Source: Phoronis australis | Lineage: Eukaryota > Animalia > Phoronida | Reading direction: 5' to 3' | DNA: 64,000 bases | Assembly (NCBI GenBank): GCA_002633005.1 | Contig: NMRA01000411.1 | Location: 1 to 64,000, forward strand | Shown: piece by piece, positions 40,624 through 53,425 of the stretch | Layout: each line of letters opens with the position of its first letter | How positions within the stretch are numbered: the first letter of the stretch is position 1 | Position numbers and translations under genes: made by a program | Notes under the pieces: model-generated | Databases searched by the model: none | What the model saw: only the letters and a program-made list of their open reading frames with translations | What the model was told of the DNA's origin: nothing

Positions 40624-40730
40624 TTAATGGATTGGCAATCCGTAATAACAGATTGGCAATCCGTATTAATGGATTGGCAATCCGTATTAACAGATTGGCA
40701 ATCCGTAATTGCAGATTGGCATTCCATATC
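40562..40730. repeat. 21-bp subterminal tandem repeat of the IS3EU element
   Basis: About 8 units of gattggcaatccgta(t/a)taa(ca/tg); a partial copy lies at 36765-36847 and a degenerate copy at 22622-22662. Confidence 0.9.
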
Positions 40731-41140
40731 AACAGAGTCAAGTTTTATTTTTTCACGGCACCAATGGGTCTTCGTAAATATTAAAATAACGTTGAGTATT
40801 ACGATGTAACAAAAACGACCCGTTCCATTCTTATGGTATTTGACACACTAACAGTCCTCATAATAACTTAACCTGTGTGGGCAATTAGTATTGTTTAGTT
40901 AATTACATCAATTTATTCATTTCTCAACTTCACATATCATTATTTTGTGAAACAGTTGGAAACATGGATCTGTTCCCATTTTCCATAAAATCCAAGATAT
41001 TCACTCAGAAATGTTCCAAAATGTATTCTGTCTGGGCATAATTTTGGAGTGGGTGTTTCGAGGATTCAATAAATGAGACACTTTGCATTCAACTTAAAGA
41101 ACAATACTTTTGATTCATTGTTAATATATACAATATAAAC

Positions 41141-42695
41141 TTAAGGTGATGTAGGACCCTGTATACATTGTGTATTGTCCACATTGTCATCGTGCTTCTG
41201 TACATGTTTATGTAGCCAAAGATCTCTAACAGGAGTAAAGTTTGAATAAAGACAACTTTTCTAAAATGTAGTGACACGTTCCCGCGGTGAAACGTCCACC
41301 ATTGTCAAGTTTTATTCAGAGAATGGATGTCAGGATGACCACAGGTACGATACTCAGAAAATTCCAAAACACGCAAAAATATCAGAAACGGGATTGGCTA
41401 TCAATCAGCACATCACCACTCAGTGCGACATTTTCAATGACTCTCTTTCTTCACTGTTTCCAATGAATATCTCCTTAACTGTTTTTGACCTGCACTGCGA
41501 TTTGAAATGTCCTTTTTCGATGACATCTGTTGCATACTTTAGCTGATCAGTCGCAGGACATGTTTCACCAGGTTTGTGTTTACTCTAGCCGCATTGACCA
41601 CAATTCTGCTGCGTGTCGCATTTAGGCGTGCCGCTGTCACGTTTAGGCCTACTTTTGCCTCTACCACGGGAAACATGATGCTGACCTCATCTCCAGCCTC
41701 TGATGGCCCCTATGGCTTTATCTAAGCCGACTACGAGTGATAACTGTCGCATCTGGGAATTGACCTGCTTGGTCTGTCTAGCGGACAAAATAGCTTGTTC
41801 AAGTGTAAGCCAAGCTTTCAGTTGTAACTCTTTTTGACACATCTCGATCGCATATACCTACGACGAGCCATTCGCGTATCATCTCGTCCCTGTTTTGGAA
41901 GTCGCAGTGGTCGGCCTGTTCATATAACGCTCGTAGAAATGGTTCAACATTTTCATTGGCATGTTGGATTCTCTCATTTGTGTATTATGTTTCTTTTTGG
42001 GATGAAGTGGGCATCAAATCTTTCTATGACAATGTCTAATTTCTTAGCATAAGAATCACTAAGGCCAAACGTTTCGAAGATATTTTCAGCATCAGTACCC
42101 ATGCTGTAGATAAGCGAGGCTACTTGGACTTTCCCATCGTCTTTGTTTAGTTTGGATGCGAGTCAATATTGCATGAAACATTTACGCCATGCAGGCCGCA
42201 GTGAGGCTTTGTCAAAGGGGAAAGCGTCCGGGGGACTAAATTTGCCGTTGTGACTTGTAGTCGCCAATCGCTTATCAGTTTGACACACACAATTTGCAGA
42301 TTTTGCACCGCAAATTATATGCCACCGTTGCCACTATGTTTGATGTTGAGCGCCGTCTGGCGGGTTTATTCAAAACACAAAATACTGAACAAGAAGCCAT
42401 ACAACTATGTAACAATGGGAAACCTGTGCATTTAATGGGGGCATTTTCAAACACTGAATAGGAATGGCTTCACGCGGTTTCAAGCGATAGCAATTTATAT
42501 CACTGTCAATACGGTAATCGTAAAGCCCTATCATACTTGTAGCCATCCTGGCCTCTATTCTCTGAATAAAGCTTGACAATGGTGGATCACCATGGAAACA
42601 TGTTGCTACAAAAGTTGTCTTTATTCAAACTTTGCATGTATATGTTTACTTAGACAATAGGTTATCAGTCACGCGAGTCCTATCATAGGTACTTA
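41141..42695. mobile_element. TIR element (Kolobok-like left end) containing a Gypsy gag fragment
   Basis: Left end TTAA-ggtgatgtaggaccc; inverted arms 41237-41352 and 42531-42634. Confidence 0.5.
41430..42270 (-). pseudogene. Gypsy gag remnant
   Basis: PPDAFPFDK...W...LASKL....QVASLIYSMGTDAENIF...FDAHFIPKRNIIH...LYEQADHCDF...MIRE.LVVGI.D, ending in KGHFKSQCRS. Confidence 0.7.
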
Positions 42696-43889
42696 GTCTC
42701 TATGTGTAATGTGTTCTCAAGTATGATGCAGTAAACTTGAAATGATTTTGTTACAATATGACTTACGATTAATATGTTTTTGGTTCATTTCTATTTCCTG
42801 TACAAACTTCAAATTAAAATCAAGAATTGTTCACTGTTTGTCTTCATGATGTGTATACTTTGTACAGTATATGTAAATAGTTATAATAAATTATCAAATA
42901 ATAGTTATCAATTTTTTTAATAGTATATGGGGCTGTGATTTACAGTGATATTTTTCATGTAACAGGAATGTATGGTCTCACCACTAAAACTTCCCTGTAA
43001 AACCAAAACAGTTTATTAAGTGCATTAAGATCAATGTAACTTTGGATTTGCAAACAAAATAACAATAGATAAGAAAAATAAAACAATGTAATAAAAACCT
43101 GAAATACGTCTATGTCACCTCATTTTAAGTTGACAACGGACGGATTACCTCTTGTAAAATTTCTCATGTAGCGGAGCTACATTTAAATATTAATATAAGC
43201 ATAAATTACACCAAATCTATGGTACAAAACAGTGCCTGTAGTCCCATATTCCAACATAAGTAAAATACACCATAAACTTCATTTAACCATACTATGTAAC
43301 AGACATGTGACTTGCACAAAAGCTTGTACAAACACTGTAAGAAGCAGGAATTGAAACTGATCAACAGCAGTCAACACTTGAACAGTAACAACACAAGAAC
43401 TAGACTATTTGCATGGCTTCTACGGCTTGGTTACAAGTGTTTGCAACGGACGGTTTTATTGGACAATCTTATAGCCTGCATTAAAATAAAACTTACATCT
43501 TGTACGGTCCCAATATTTGTAAAATGTACCACGATGTTAAGGGGTTTGAAACCAGAGACCTCTCAATCTTATTGCTGTGACAGGCCCAGTATCCAATGCA
43601 ATGACAAGGAATGCTTTCAACCCTGAGTAAAATACCATGGTTCTCCAACCCTGTGCCTAAACAATTTTGTACGACATATTTTTAGTTGGACTGTCAACTT
43701 CTATCACAAGCGCAATGCTGGGCATTGAAATGTGCCCACAACTGCACCAAAAACGGTATGCTGCTAGGGGCTAAAAGGGTGCACCACATTATAGTCAGAA
43801 CAATCGGAAAATCAATTTTAGTCATACTCTTGTCAGTAGAACATCTGCAAACGTAAATGATCCTTTGAGTAGTTTGGCAAAATAGAGAG

Positions 43890-44230
43890 GTGGATGCCAA
43901 AGACAAGATTTGGAAACAAGGTGGTACACAATATGTCAAATCAATCTGAAATGAGAGCGCGTCGTCACCTCTTTAATAGATACCAAATTTCGTGCAAATC
44001 CTTCAAGGAACTCCTAAGATACAGAGGCAAAAAACGTAAAAAATTGAAATTGCCACTAGGGGGTTCAACAGTACATGGATCATTCCGGAAGTCGATGTTA
44101 TTTGTGGTCCGCTCCATAGGAATACATCTGCCAGGGGTTCATGAGAAACAGAAGCTGACGCCGAACACCCACGTCTCAACACCCATGCAGATGATGGCAA
44201 AATACACCCACATAATTATGTGGGTGTATA
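43890..44230. repeat. Interspersed repeat; second copy at 46385-46565
   Basis: Shared blocks gccactaggggg, ccaaatttc and gatggcaa.at.caccca. Confidence 0.5.
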
Positions 44231-44348
44231 AAAAGCGTAATGAAATCTGAGAGTTACTGTACTAAGATAAACTGTGTTAGATACAAAAATACAAACGCAC
44301 ATTATTCTCAAGATGTAAAAAACTTCGGAAATCCGTGTGAGATTCTGT

Positions 44349-47300
44349 CTAAACTTCTTGTATTGTGGGCTCCAGTTGGTTTGTGTTTGTTTTCCAGTTA
44401 ACTTCCACCAATCGAAATGAGCGTAACAGAAGAGCCAACTGTTGGAATATACCCCTTAGTATGACATAAAGAGGCTGTAATGCGTTTTTAAGTCCATGTA
44501 GTATATTCCACAGTAAGACCATCACAGGCTGTAGAAACCCGTTATACAGAGCAGACAACAACGGTTTGATCACATGGTCTCCGATGACGACAAGAAGTCC
44601 AACGACAAGAGTTTGAAAGATATCACGGGTGACAAACTTTACCAGCTGAATGACAAATGTAGTCACCACCAACATGATAAGACGTAATGCTGCGAACACT
44701 TCCTGCCATAGTCGAGTGAGAATTGTTTCAGCTCTGTAAAAAAACAGTGTTGGGTGACTCAGCAATTTTGGATTAATTGAGAAAAAACTTTAAATTACAG
44801 AACTGGTGGTAGCTTAATCATCTAGAAAAATTTTACTGACAGAAATATACAGTATAAAATAACTTATCAAGGCCACAAAACATGTTCCAAATGAAGAAGC
44901 ATTCTGACAGAATTTATGCACACGACATATTTAATTTAAGAAAATTGGCATTCACAGACAGAATGAACTTTTCATTTCCCCACAAATACTAAAACAAATC
45001 GAAAAATCATATTCCGTCACTCACTGTAGCTTTTACATGGGAAACTACTCTCAACAAGTCTAAACCAGTCTCCTGCATACAACACTTTCTACACCACAAA
45101 CACAAGCTGTTAACTCACAGACAAAAGACGAGATACTAAAGACATCTATGTTATCTGCATCAGACTTACTTGTCAGCAATCTGTGTCATTTTGGCCCGTG
45201 TTCTCTCTTGATGCGCCTCTGAAAACTCTTGCTGGCCCTCCTCGTAATGGTAAACGTATCTGAAATAAATAACATCATGAACAGTGGACAGGCACATGCT
45301 GAACAGAAACTCTTATCACATTTTCATAACATGTCCATGTAATTGTAAAGAAATATTACGCCAGTTGAAATTAAAATGTACGTCACTAAGTTGCAATTTC
45401 AAAAATTTCTATGCTTGTACCCGTTTCTGATTCCAGATAAACTATGTACCCTGTAAGCACTTCACTAAAACCGCACCCAACTTTTCCAATGAACAACTTC
45501 TGGGTAAGCTTTGGTTAAGGCATGAATTGTTCAGGAAACCCTTCAGACCGTGGGTAAAATACGGCACCGATTCGACCCACTCGATGACCCACTCGATGAC
45601 CCACTCGATGACCTACTCGATGACCCACTTGATGACCCACTTGATGACCCACATAATGTTACAGATTCACTTGAGGATACACATAATACTGTAAGCCCAA
45701 GGGAACAAGCAGGATGTAAACTCAAAGTGTCCGACATGAACTTCGCATTTTACCCAATGTCAGCCACTCATCACTTTTGCTGGCAATAGTCGGATATAAT
45801 GTGCTGGTATTTTGAGAACCAGTTTGATGTCTATTATTCAGTGGAGAAAACTGGTTCTCAAAATACATGCACATTGACTGTTACCCTTTTGCTAGCATGC
45901 ACATGCACCAATACAATTTCCTCCTTGATCCAACTTTTTGCTTGCCACTGTACATGCCAACACAAATGAGCACAACATCAGACCAAGTTGCAGAACAATT
46001 AAAGCCTCGTTTAAGAGCAGTGCAAACAACACATTACTCCATACCAACAAGCACTATATGAGAATACGACCACACTCGCACATTTACCTTGATACGACCA
46101 CACTCGCACACATACCTTGATACATGTAAAGCGTAGGCCTCCTGCTGTTCCCCACTATCCTTCCCCGCACTTGGCTTGGTCTGTTTACCCTCGTCTGTTA
46201 CCTGTAACCCTGGACTGTCCTCCTTAATTAGCTGCTCATTGGACTGGGACACCATTGGCTGACAATACAAACACAAACAGCATATACTGTCTCTGTACAA
46301 GTTACATGGACTGGACACACTTTCATACATTGGAAACTTCAGTCAGTTAAAAGTTCTCTATATAATACACAAAGAAGGTTGTTAAAGCTACCGCACACCG
46401 CCACTAGGGGGCACAGAAGAATTCAGATATGTCTGAAAGTCACCTTCATCTGACATCAGCTTCCTCGGGACACACTTTCCAAATTTCATTGAAACACTCC
46501 AAGGGGTTTAAGACTTACAGAGGCAGACGCCCAGACAGGGATGATGGCAATATTCACCCACATATGCATACCTGCTGATTAATGAGAGCCTACCTTGTGT
46601 CTTGGTGATTCCTTGGATTTGTTCTTCTGGCCCAAAAAGCGCATGTTACGCCAGGAGCTCCCAGACTTCTGCAGTTCCTCAGGTTCTCCATCTGCAACAA
46701 CAATTTCCACATATATTCATTAAAACCTCTTTAGACTTTTTCTCACATAAACTGGAATGTGTTACAACACGACTGGTCAATAACACCAATTACGTAATTT
46801 TTTATAATACATGGACAAATCACGAAGTAGTGCAAAGTAGAAATCCCTACACCTTACATTTTATCGTCTGCAAAACACTAATACCATCTACCAAACAATG
46901 CGGGAATTTCATGAAGGAGACAAGGTTCAATATGACATCTGAAAGCAGCAGCATCATGCAAGCTTTGGGATTTTAATGAAATTTCCAAGAGGTATTGCCC
47001 ATGTCATAAACCTGAGACTGGTATAGGATTCTCTATATTCCTATCGCTGGAGTAAAAAGATTTGAAAATAGACCCACTATGATGATGACAACCTCTACAA
47101 TTGCTCATTTGGAGAAGTGTAGAAGAGCCAAGTATATGCGCTCATCTACATTCTAGCTCGACAAGACCCTAGACTGATCAAATATATGTTTGCATCTCTT
47201 ATCAATTACCAACCTTAGAACCTAATTTCTTCTAATCTCTCCATTTTGACATCACTTCTAAAATCTGTCATGGGTGCTCATCCATAAGATGATATAAGAC

Positions 47301-50300
47301 CCTGGTTATGTCCCCCTGGTAGACCCTCCAATGATAAACCTTTCACACAAACAGCCACAGACACACTAATGACACTTCAAATAACTTTCAAGTAGATCAA
47401 AATGTGAAAATAAACAAGTTCACAGTCAAAAGTCAATGTATAGTGTTTAACCAGTTAATCTACACATGTAAATGTTTGTTGTTACCATATGCTGATGCTG
47501 TTTCAGCTGTTGGCGGCACATGTTGTACTTCTGAGAATGGTTTTAGAGAAACGTCGACAATGATCAGAACTTTATACCTGCACTCACGATCAGAATGTCT
47601 CCGATTCTGAGGCCAAGAACTGATGTTATTCTTCAAAATGTGCAAAGGTATTCAGTACCAGAAACACAAAATTCAAGATTTGAAAATGGTAATTTTGTAG
47701 ACACCGCAGAAAAACTCCAATTTGACATGGCAGGGCCACCACAATGGTCTCAACAGATTACAGCTGTCCACAGTTTGGCACACACAACATTGAAATCCAA
47801 AGCACTGACCTTTGACCTCTGACCTCGCTGTTGGTGGTGGGGTTGGTTTGAGCATGTTTTGGTTAACCTTGTCTTGCCGACCAGTGGGAGCTTCAGTGTC
47901 GTCCCAAGAGTCAATGTCTGACAAGAACAGTGTGAAAGTAGGTATTTCATACATTAACTGGACGTAGCATTCAAGTGACAAGCTTTTATTGAAATTTTGA
48001 TGCTCATTTATCGTAACTTAGAACTGACCTGGACAAAAGGAAACTTCAATAGTTCAAAGATTAACAAAAAAATGTTATCATTTCANCCATGTCATAAACT
48101 TGAGACTGGTATAGGATTCTTTATATTCCTATCGCTGGAGTAAAAAGATTTAAGAATAGACCCACAGCGATGATGATAACCTCAACAATTGCTTATTTGG
48201 AGACAAGACCCTAGACTGATCAAATATATGTTTGCATCTCTTATCAATTACCAACTTTAGAACCTAATTTCCTCTAATCTCTCCATTTTGACATCACTTC
48301 TAAAATCTGTCATGGGTGCTCATCCGTAAGATGATATTAGACCCTGGTTATGTCCCCCTGGTAGACCCTCCAATGATAAACCTTTTACACAAACAGCCAC
48401 AGACACACTAATGACACTTTGAATGACTTTCAAGTAGATCAAAATGTGAAAATAAACAAGTTCACAGCCAAAAGTCAATGTATAGTGTTTAACCAGTTAA
48501 TCTACACATGTAAATGTTTGTTGTTACCATATGCTGATGCTGTTTCAGCTGTTGGCGGCACATGTTGTACTTCTGAGAATGGTTTTAGAGAAACGTCGAC
48601 AATGATCAGAACTTGTTTATACCTGCACTCACGATCAGAATGTCTCCGATTCTGAGGCCAAGAACTGATGTTATTCTTCAAAATGTGCAAAGGTATTCAG
48701 TACCAGAAACACAAAATTCAAGATTTGAAAATGGTAATTTTGTAGACACCGCAGAAAAACTCCAATTTGACATGGCAGGGCCACCACAATGGTCTCAACA
48801 GATTACAGCTGTCCACAGTTTGGCACACACAACATTGAAATCCAAAGCACTGACCTTTGACCTCTGACCTCGCTGTTGGTGGTGGGGTTGGTTTGAGCAT
48901 GTTTTGGTTAACCTTGTCTTGCCGACCAGTGGGAGCTTCAGTGTCGTCCCAAGAGTCAATGTCTGACAAGAACAGTGTGAAAGTAGGTATTTCATACATT
49001 AACTGGACGTAGCATTCAAGTGACAAGCTTTTATTGAAATTTTGATGCTCATTTATCGTAACTTAGAACTGACCTGGACAAAAGGAAACTTCAATAGTTC
49101 AAAGATTAACAAAAAAATGTTATCATTTCAAATTGTTACAGCCTTCTAATTCAACCACAAGTTAAAAAATCTAAGTTGAAGACTTATCACATACAATGCC
49201 TGTCAAATCCCTTGCCATTTCAGTCATGACCGGTTGAATAAATATTCATCAAGACATTTCACAGCATTTACAATAACAGCCCAGCGAGTTCCACCCTGCG
49301 TCGAAAAGAGGTTGAAACATTTGCAAGCTAGGAGCAGCTATTTTGATGAGAAAAGGACGATTTTCCACACAGATGTGTGTGCAGAAGTCTTCGGCATCCA
49401 TTAGCAAGTTACATTTTTCAATAACAGCTAGTGAAGATGACGTGTCTGTTACTTATTAATTACCTTCTGCTTCATCAGCACTATCCTGCCCAGGGGGTGC
49501 AGGGTCATAGAGGGCACCCTTTCTGTCTTTCCCCGGGGGCTTTGGGGTTCTCTCAGCTCCACTTTGCGTGTGGTCTATAAAGATAAACAGTTACACGTCA
49601 CTTGATGTTTGGTTTCATATTTTTTCACGCTACCGAAACATTTTTAATATTTAGTGGTCATTACGGATCACCCTCAAATGCAAGAATTATTGAATCTTTC
49701 TTAGAATAAATTTTACGACACACTTGTTTCCAATTTTTAATGTTTATTATTTTCCTCGTTTCTAATCACAGATCAAAATAATACTATACATAGCACAGCA
49801 CAAAACACGTTCTCAAATTAAAAACCTGTAAGAGCAGCCTTGAAGTCATAGGGCGGGACCTCTCTCTTGCTAGGTTGCCGTGGCGACTCTTCATCATTAC
49901 GCGAGGACCGATCGGTGAAGGTGAATGTACTCAGTGGATCTGTCCTGAAACAAACAAAACATTTGATAGCATGAATGTCCAACAATGACAAATGAGTCAG
50001 GTCTTTAGCTTTTCAGCTCTGTTTTAACTATATATTAATAAAGCATAAAAAGGTTCCAGGTGAGCGGCCTGCCCATGTTAGGTACAATGTGTTGGTATTT
50101 TGAAAACTTTGCCACATCACAGGAATAGTCATCAAAACTAAAGCGCAGCTCAAGTTGATAACAATAATTATATATAATGAAAAGTACATACTATTACACC
50201 TCTTGCATCGAACATAGCAATAAGAGAACACAAAGACAAAGGTCTGGAGATAAAATATTCACACTTTTAATGTTCAGTTTTTGATCAACTCTGTTTTAAA

Positions 50301-51796
50301 ACCTAATACTTGTATAATACAGTTAGCATTTATATGTTCTGCAAAAAAGGGAAAATGTAATTCAATAAATTATTGATAAGATAACGAGCCATACTTTTTC
50401 ACGTTATTATTTCGTGCCCTCACACTTTTTGGTGTATTCTGTTTACTTGACACATCCTCATCAACTTGCAAACGTTGACTGATGTTTTCTTTGCCTGTAA
50501 ACAAAAAATGATATTTTGGTAAGCATTGTCCTTCAGTCCAGTAATATAACTATCTTTCAATGTTACAAAATGCTTTTAAAATACAGCACCCCAATGCATA
50601 CCTTCTGTACCCATACTCCATGCAGAAGTTTTCAAGGGGCTGACTATCAGTCTCAATCTCCTTGAAAAATATTTTAAAATCACGTGAAATCCCCCGTGTT
50701 GGAAAATTCCCCTCTCGCAATCAAAAATTCCCCGCTTGGTTCAAATCAGGTTAAAGTTCAGTCTGGCTATGACATCGAGTTTTCATGTGGATCATGGAAC
50801 AGGATATCAACTGATTTAACGAACAGGATATTAACTGGTTGATTACATGTCACATATAAATACCCATTATTAGCACAGTGTGTCATTCATCAGATGAAAT
50901 TGTGCACAAACTCAATGGGGCCATCCCGGATTACGCGGCGCTAGAAATCTTTGTCCTGGAGATAAGAAAGACCGTGACCTACTTTTGGAAATCAGGCACA
51001 TTTTTGTGTTTCTCATTGATGTTGGGAAGACAAAGAATTTCACATCATGCCGTCCACGGGTATTTGTTCAGTTAATCAAACTTTCTCACGACGGAGTTGC
51101 AACCCACAGCACAGCAGTAATACTTCATTGGCATTGGAAGGACGAATATAGTAATGCAACCGAGAAAAATTTGAAAAAAATCAGATAACAAATAACATGG
51201 TGGAACTCCAATGGCACAAAAACGAGGTAGCGAATATGACGGATGTTTATGGCATTGTGGGTAAATACAGTGAGTGTGGCTGTGTAATACGGGATGACCC
51301 TATTAACCAAATGTAGAACAGCGACCATGGAAATAGTAAAATTATTCAACCAACTGCTCGCAGGTTTGTTTTTGATACAAAATAGTCTTCATAGGCATGC
51401 AGTTCCAAGTACTGACATCTAACATTTTTGAAATTAAGCTCTCTTTGACAGTAATGGTGCCAAACGTTTTTAAGTAAAAATTAGGAAAGTTGGTGTCCTT
51501 ATGCCTGGAATAAAACAGCTTTTAACACAAAATACTGTATTCAGAATCATAAGAAGGTTATTATCCAATAACTTAAAAGTAAATTGTAGGCGCCCATTTT
51601 CAATCTTACCTTTAGGTTTTGTGCTTTTCTGATTGGTCGTTTTGGAAGGAGTGTTCTTAGCAGGCCGCTCATCAGCTGAGCTCATTTCAATCTTGGGCGC
51701 TGTGTCAATACGGGCGCTGTGAGCAACAGAGGGCACTTCAGTATCGCTGTCCCATTCTGACTCACTTTCAGGCTTCGGTGGGGCACGTCCGCGAAA
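44349..51796 (-). CDS. Uncharacterized protein with low-complexity N-terminus and hydrophobic helical C-terminus; start codon not located
   Basis: Exons 5' to 3': 51796-51610, 50494-50395, 49944-49826, 49574-49464, 48962-48855 (duplicate 47917-47810), 48572-48528 (duplicate 47530-47486), 46691-46594, 46258-46116, 45259-45170, 44733-44349. All GT-AG, phases chain correctly, open frame of 1386 nt counting one copy of the duplicated pair. Confidence 0.8.
45572..45651. repeat. 12-bp intronic tandem repeat
   Basis: (gatgacccactc/t) about 6 copies. Confidence 0.9.
46999..49130. repeat. About 1.05-kb tandem duplication across the N at 48086
   Basis: 46999-48085 and 48087-49130 are near-identical, with small indels and SNPs. 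Confidence 0.9.
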
Positions 51797-52609
51797 CTAA
51801 GAATACAGCAAAGGAATAGCTCTTCGGGAGATCAGCCGTGGATGACCGAGACAGAGAGAGAGGGTGCGTTTACTAAACTATATATGCCTCAATTACAAAA
51901 GGTCATGAGATAATACAGCAAAGCCAAATGACATTTCAGTGCAAACCACCCTGTGAACAGTTAACAATAAAATAAAAATAGAAACATAAGAAGTAAGTAA
52001 TTATCATATGATATTAATGCGTTCAACAAAAAATGTTAATAAACTAAGCGTCAAGCTGATTTGATGATGAAATTGTTATAATTTGGTCAAACTAAACGTG
52101 ATGAAAATTCAAACTAATCAAAACACTATCTATTTTGATAGTCATTGAAAAAAGTGCCACCTGGACAGTTGAAATGATTAAAAATATCAGCGAAATCTAG
52201 GCCCTCTATTCACACAAGAGATACAATTTTACAATGGTTAAGGCATTGTCCGCTCAAAACATATAAAAGAGAGTAGTCATGTCATGTTGGTATCTGGCAT
52301 CAGGGAAGGACAACGCACGCCACAACTAGAGCAAAGCGGAAGGCCAATGTTCGTGTTTGGGAGTACTCAACTGTCTTAGGGTTGATAAAATATAATTCAG
52401 TGTATATGTACCAAATAATCCACCGAGAGATGGTTGTGACGCCAAATATAATAGAACTGATTATAAATATACCAATTTGCATTTTACTTGTGGAACAGTG
52501 TTTTGTGACAAATATACAAAATTATGTATGTCAACTGAATAAATTAAATCGATGACAAATAACCATTCTCGTAAGAACAATATGAGTGCCAATGGCCATT
52601 TTTTAACGT

Positions 52610-53425
52610 GCCCTTACCCCACGTTAGTCATGACTAAACCCAAATGAAACAGAAAGCAAAGGGTTCTTAGGCAATTCAAATATGGCATTTTTCTTCATAT
52701 TATTTATATTTCATGATTCTTTGAACTCCATAATTTACCATGCTAATTATGTGGTGATTCTGGAAGTCATGTCTTGATCATAGTTTACTAATTTCTTGAA
52801 AAAAATTTAATTGAGTTATCGAACTCTCTCCAACTTTTTGTTTTTAATATCCTATTGTACAAAGCGATTTGGGAGAGCTCTACAGTCAGTGAGTGGCAAG
52901 AAACATTTTTAAGTAGATAAGTATATATTTGTGCCTATATTTTATTGATTATTGATTTATTTATATTTATTTATTTTTTATTTTTGAACAATTTTATTTT
53001 TATAGCAGTTGGTGTTTCGATGTCGTATAGACTTCATGGATATAATACTAAACCTCTAGTCGCGACTTCATTGTTAGTCAGTGATTAGAGCTCTAGTCAG
53101 TTCATTTGCATAACTGGGACATGACTAAAACCTCTAGTCAGTGACTAAAGTTTTACTCAGTGACTAAATAACCTGAAATTCTAGTCACTGACTAGAGCGT
53201 TAGTCACTGACTAGAACATTAGTCGTGACTAGAATAACAAGCTTTTTAGTCATGTGTCCCAATTACGTAAATGAGCTGGTTTAAATGCGACTAAACTCAT
53301 TCAAATATATCAGGGACAAACTTTAGTCACATTTTACTCATGACTAAAACGAGTCTTTACATGTGACTAAAATGTGAACAAAATATGACTAAAACGGGTG
53401 GCTAAGAAAAATTTGCTGGTAGGCC
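52610..53425. repeat. Repeat element rich in TAGTCA/TGACTA inverted motifs
   Basis: Dense tagtcactgactag / atgactaaa motifs at 53050-53395; boundaries uncertain. Confidence 0.45.

Larger units (their letters stand above)
22573..40776 (+). mobile_element. IS3EU-type DNA transposon, degenerate, carrying nested retroelements
   Basis: Imperfect about 35-40-bp TIRs (TAAGAAGACCCATTAGTACCATGAAAA / TTTTCACGGCACCAATGGGTCTTCGTA), 6-bp TSD AATATT (22567-22572, 40777-40782), subterminal gattggcaatccgt repeats, and a split integrase-like transposase. Confidence 0.8.

Noticed and set aside
40499-40809. ORFs with IANLL/DWQS repeats
   Set aside because: Translations of the 21-bp subterminal repeat of the transposon.
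45543-45789. DDPL/SSGS repeat ORFs
   Set aside because: A 12-bp intronic tandem repeat; not part of the phase-consistent exon chain.
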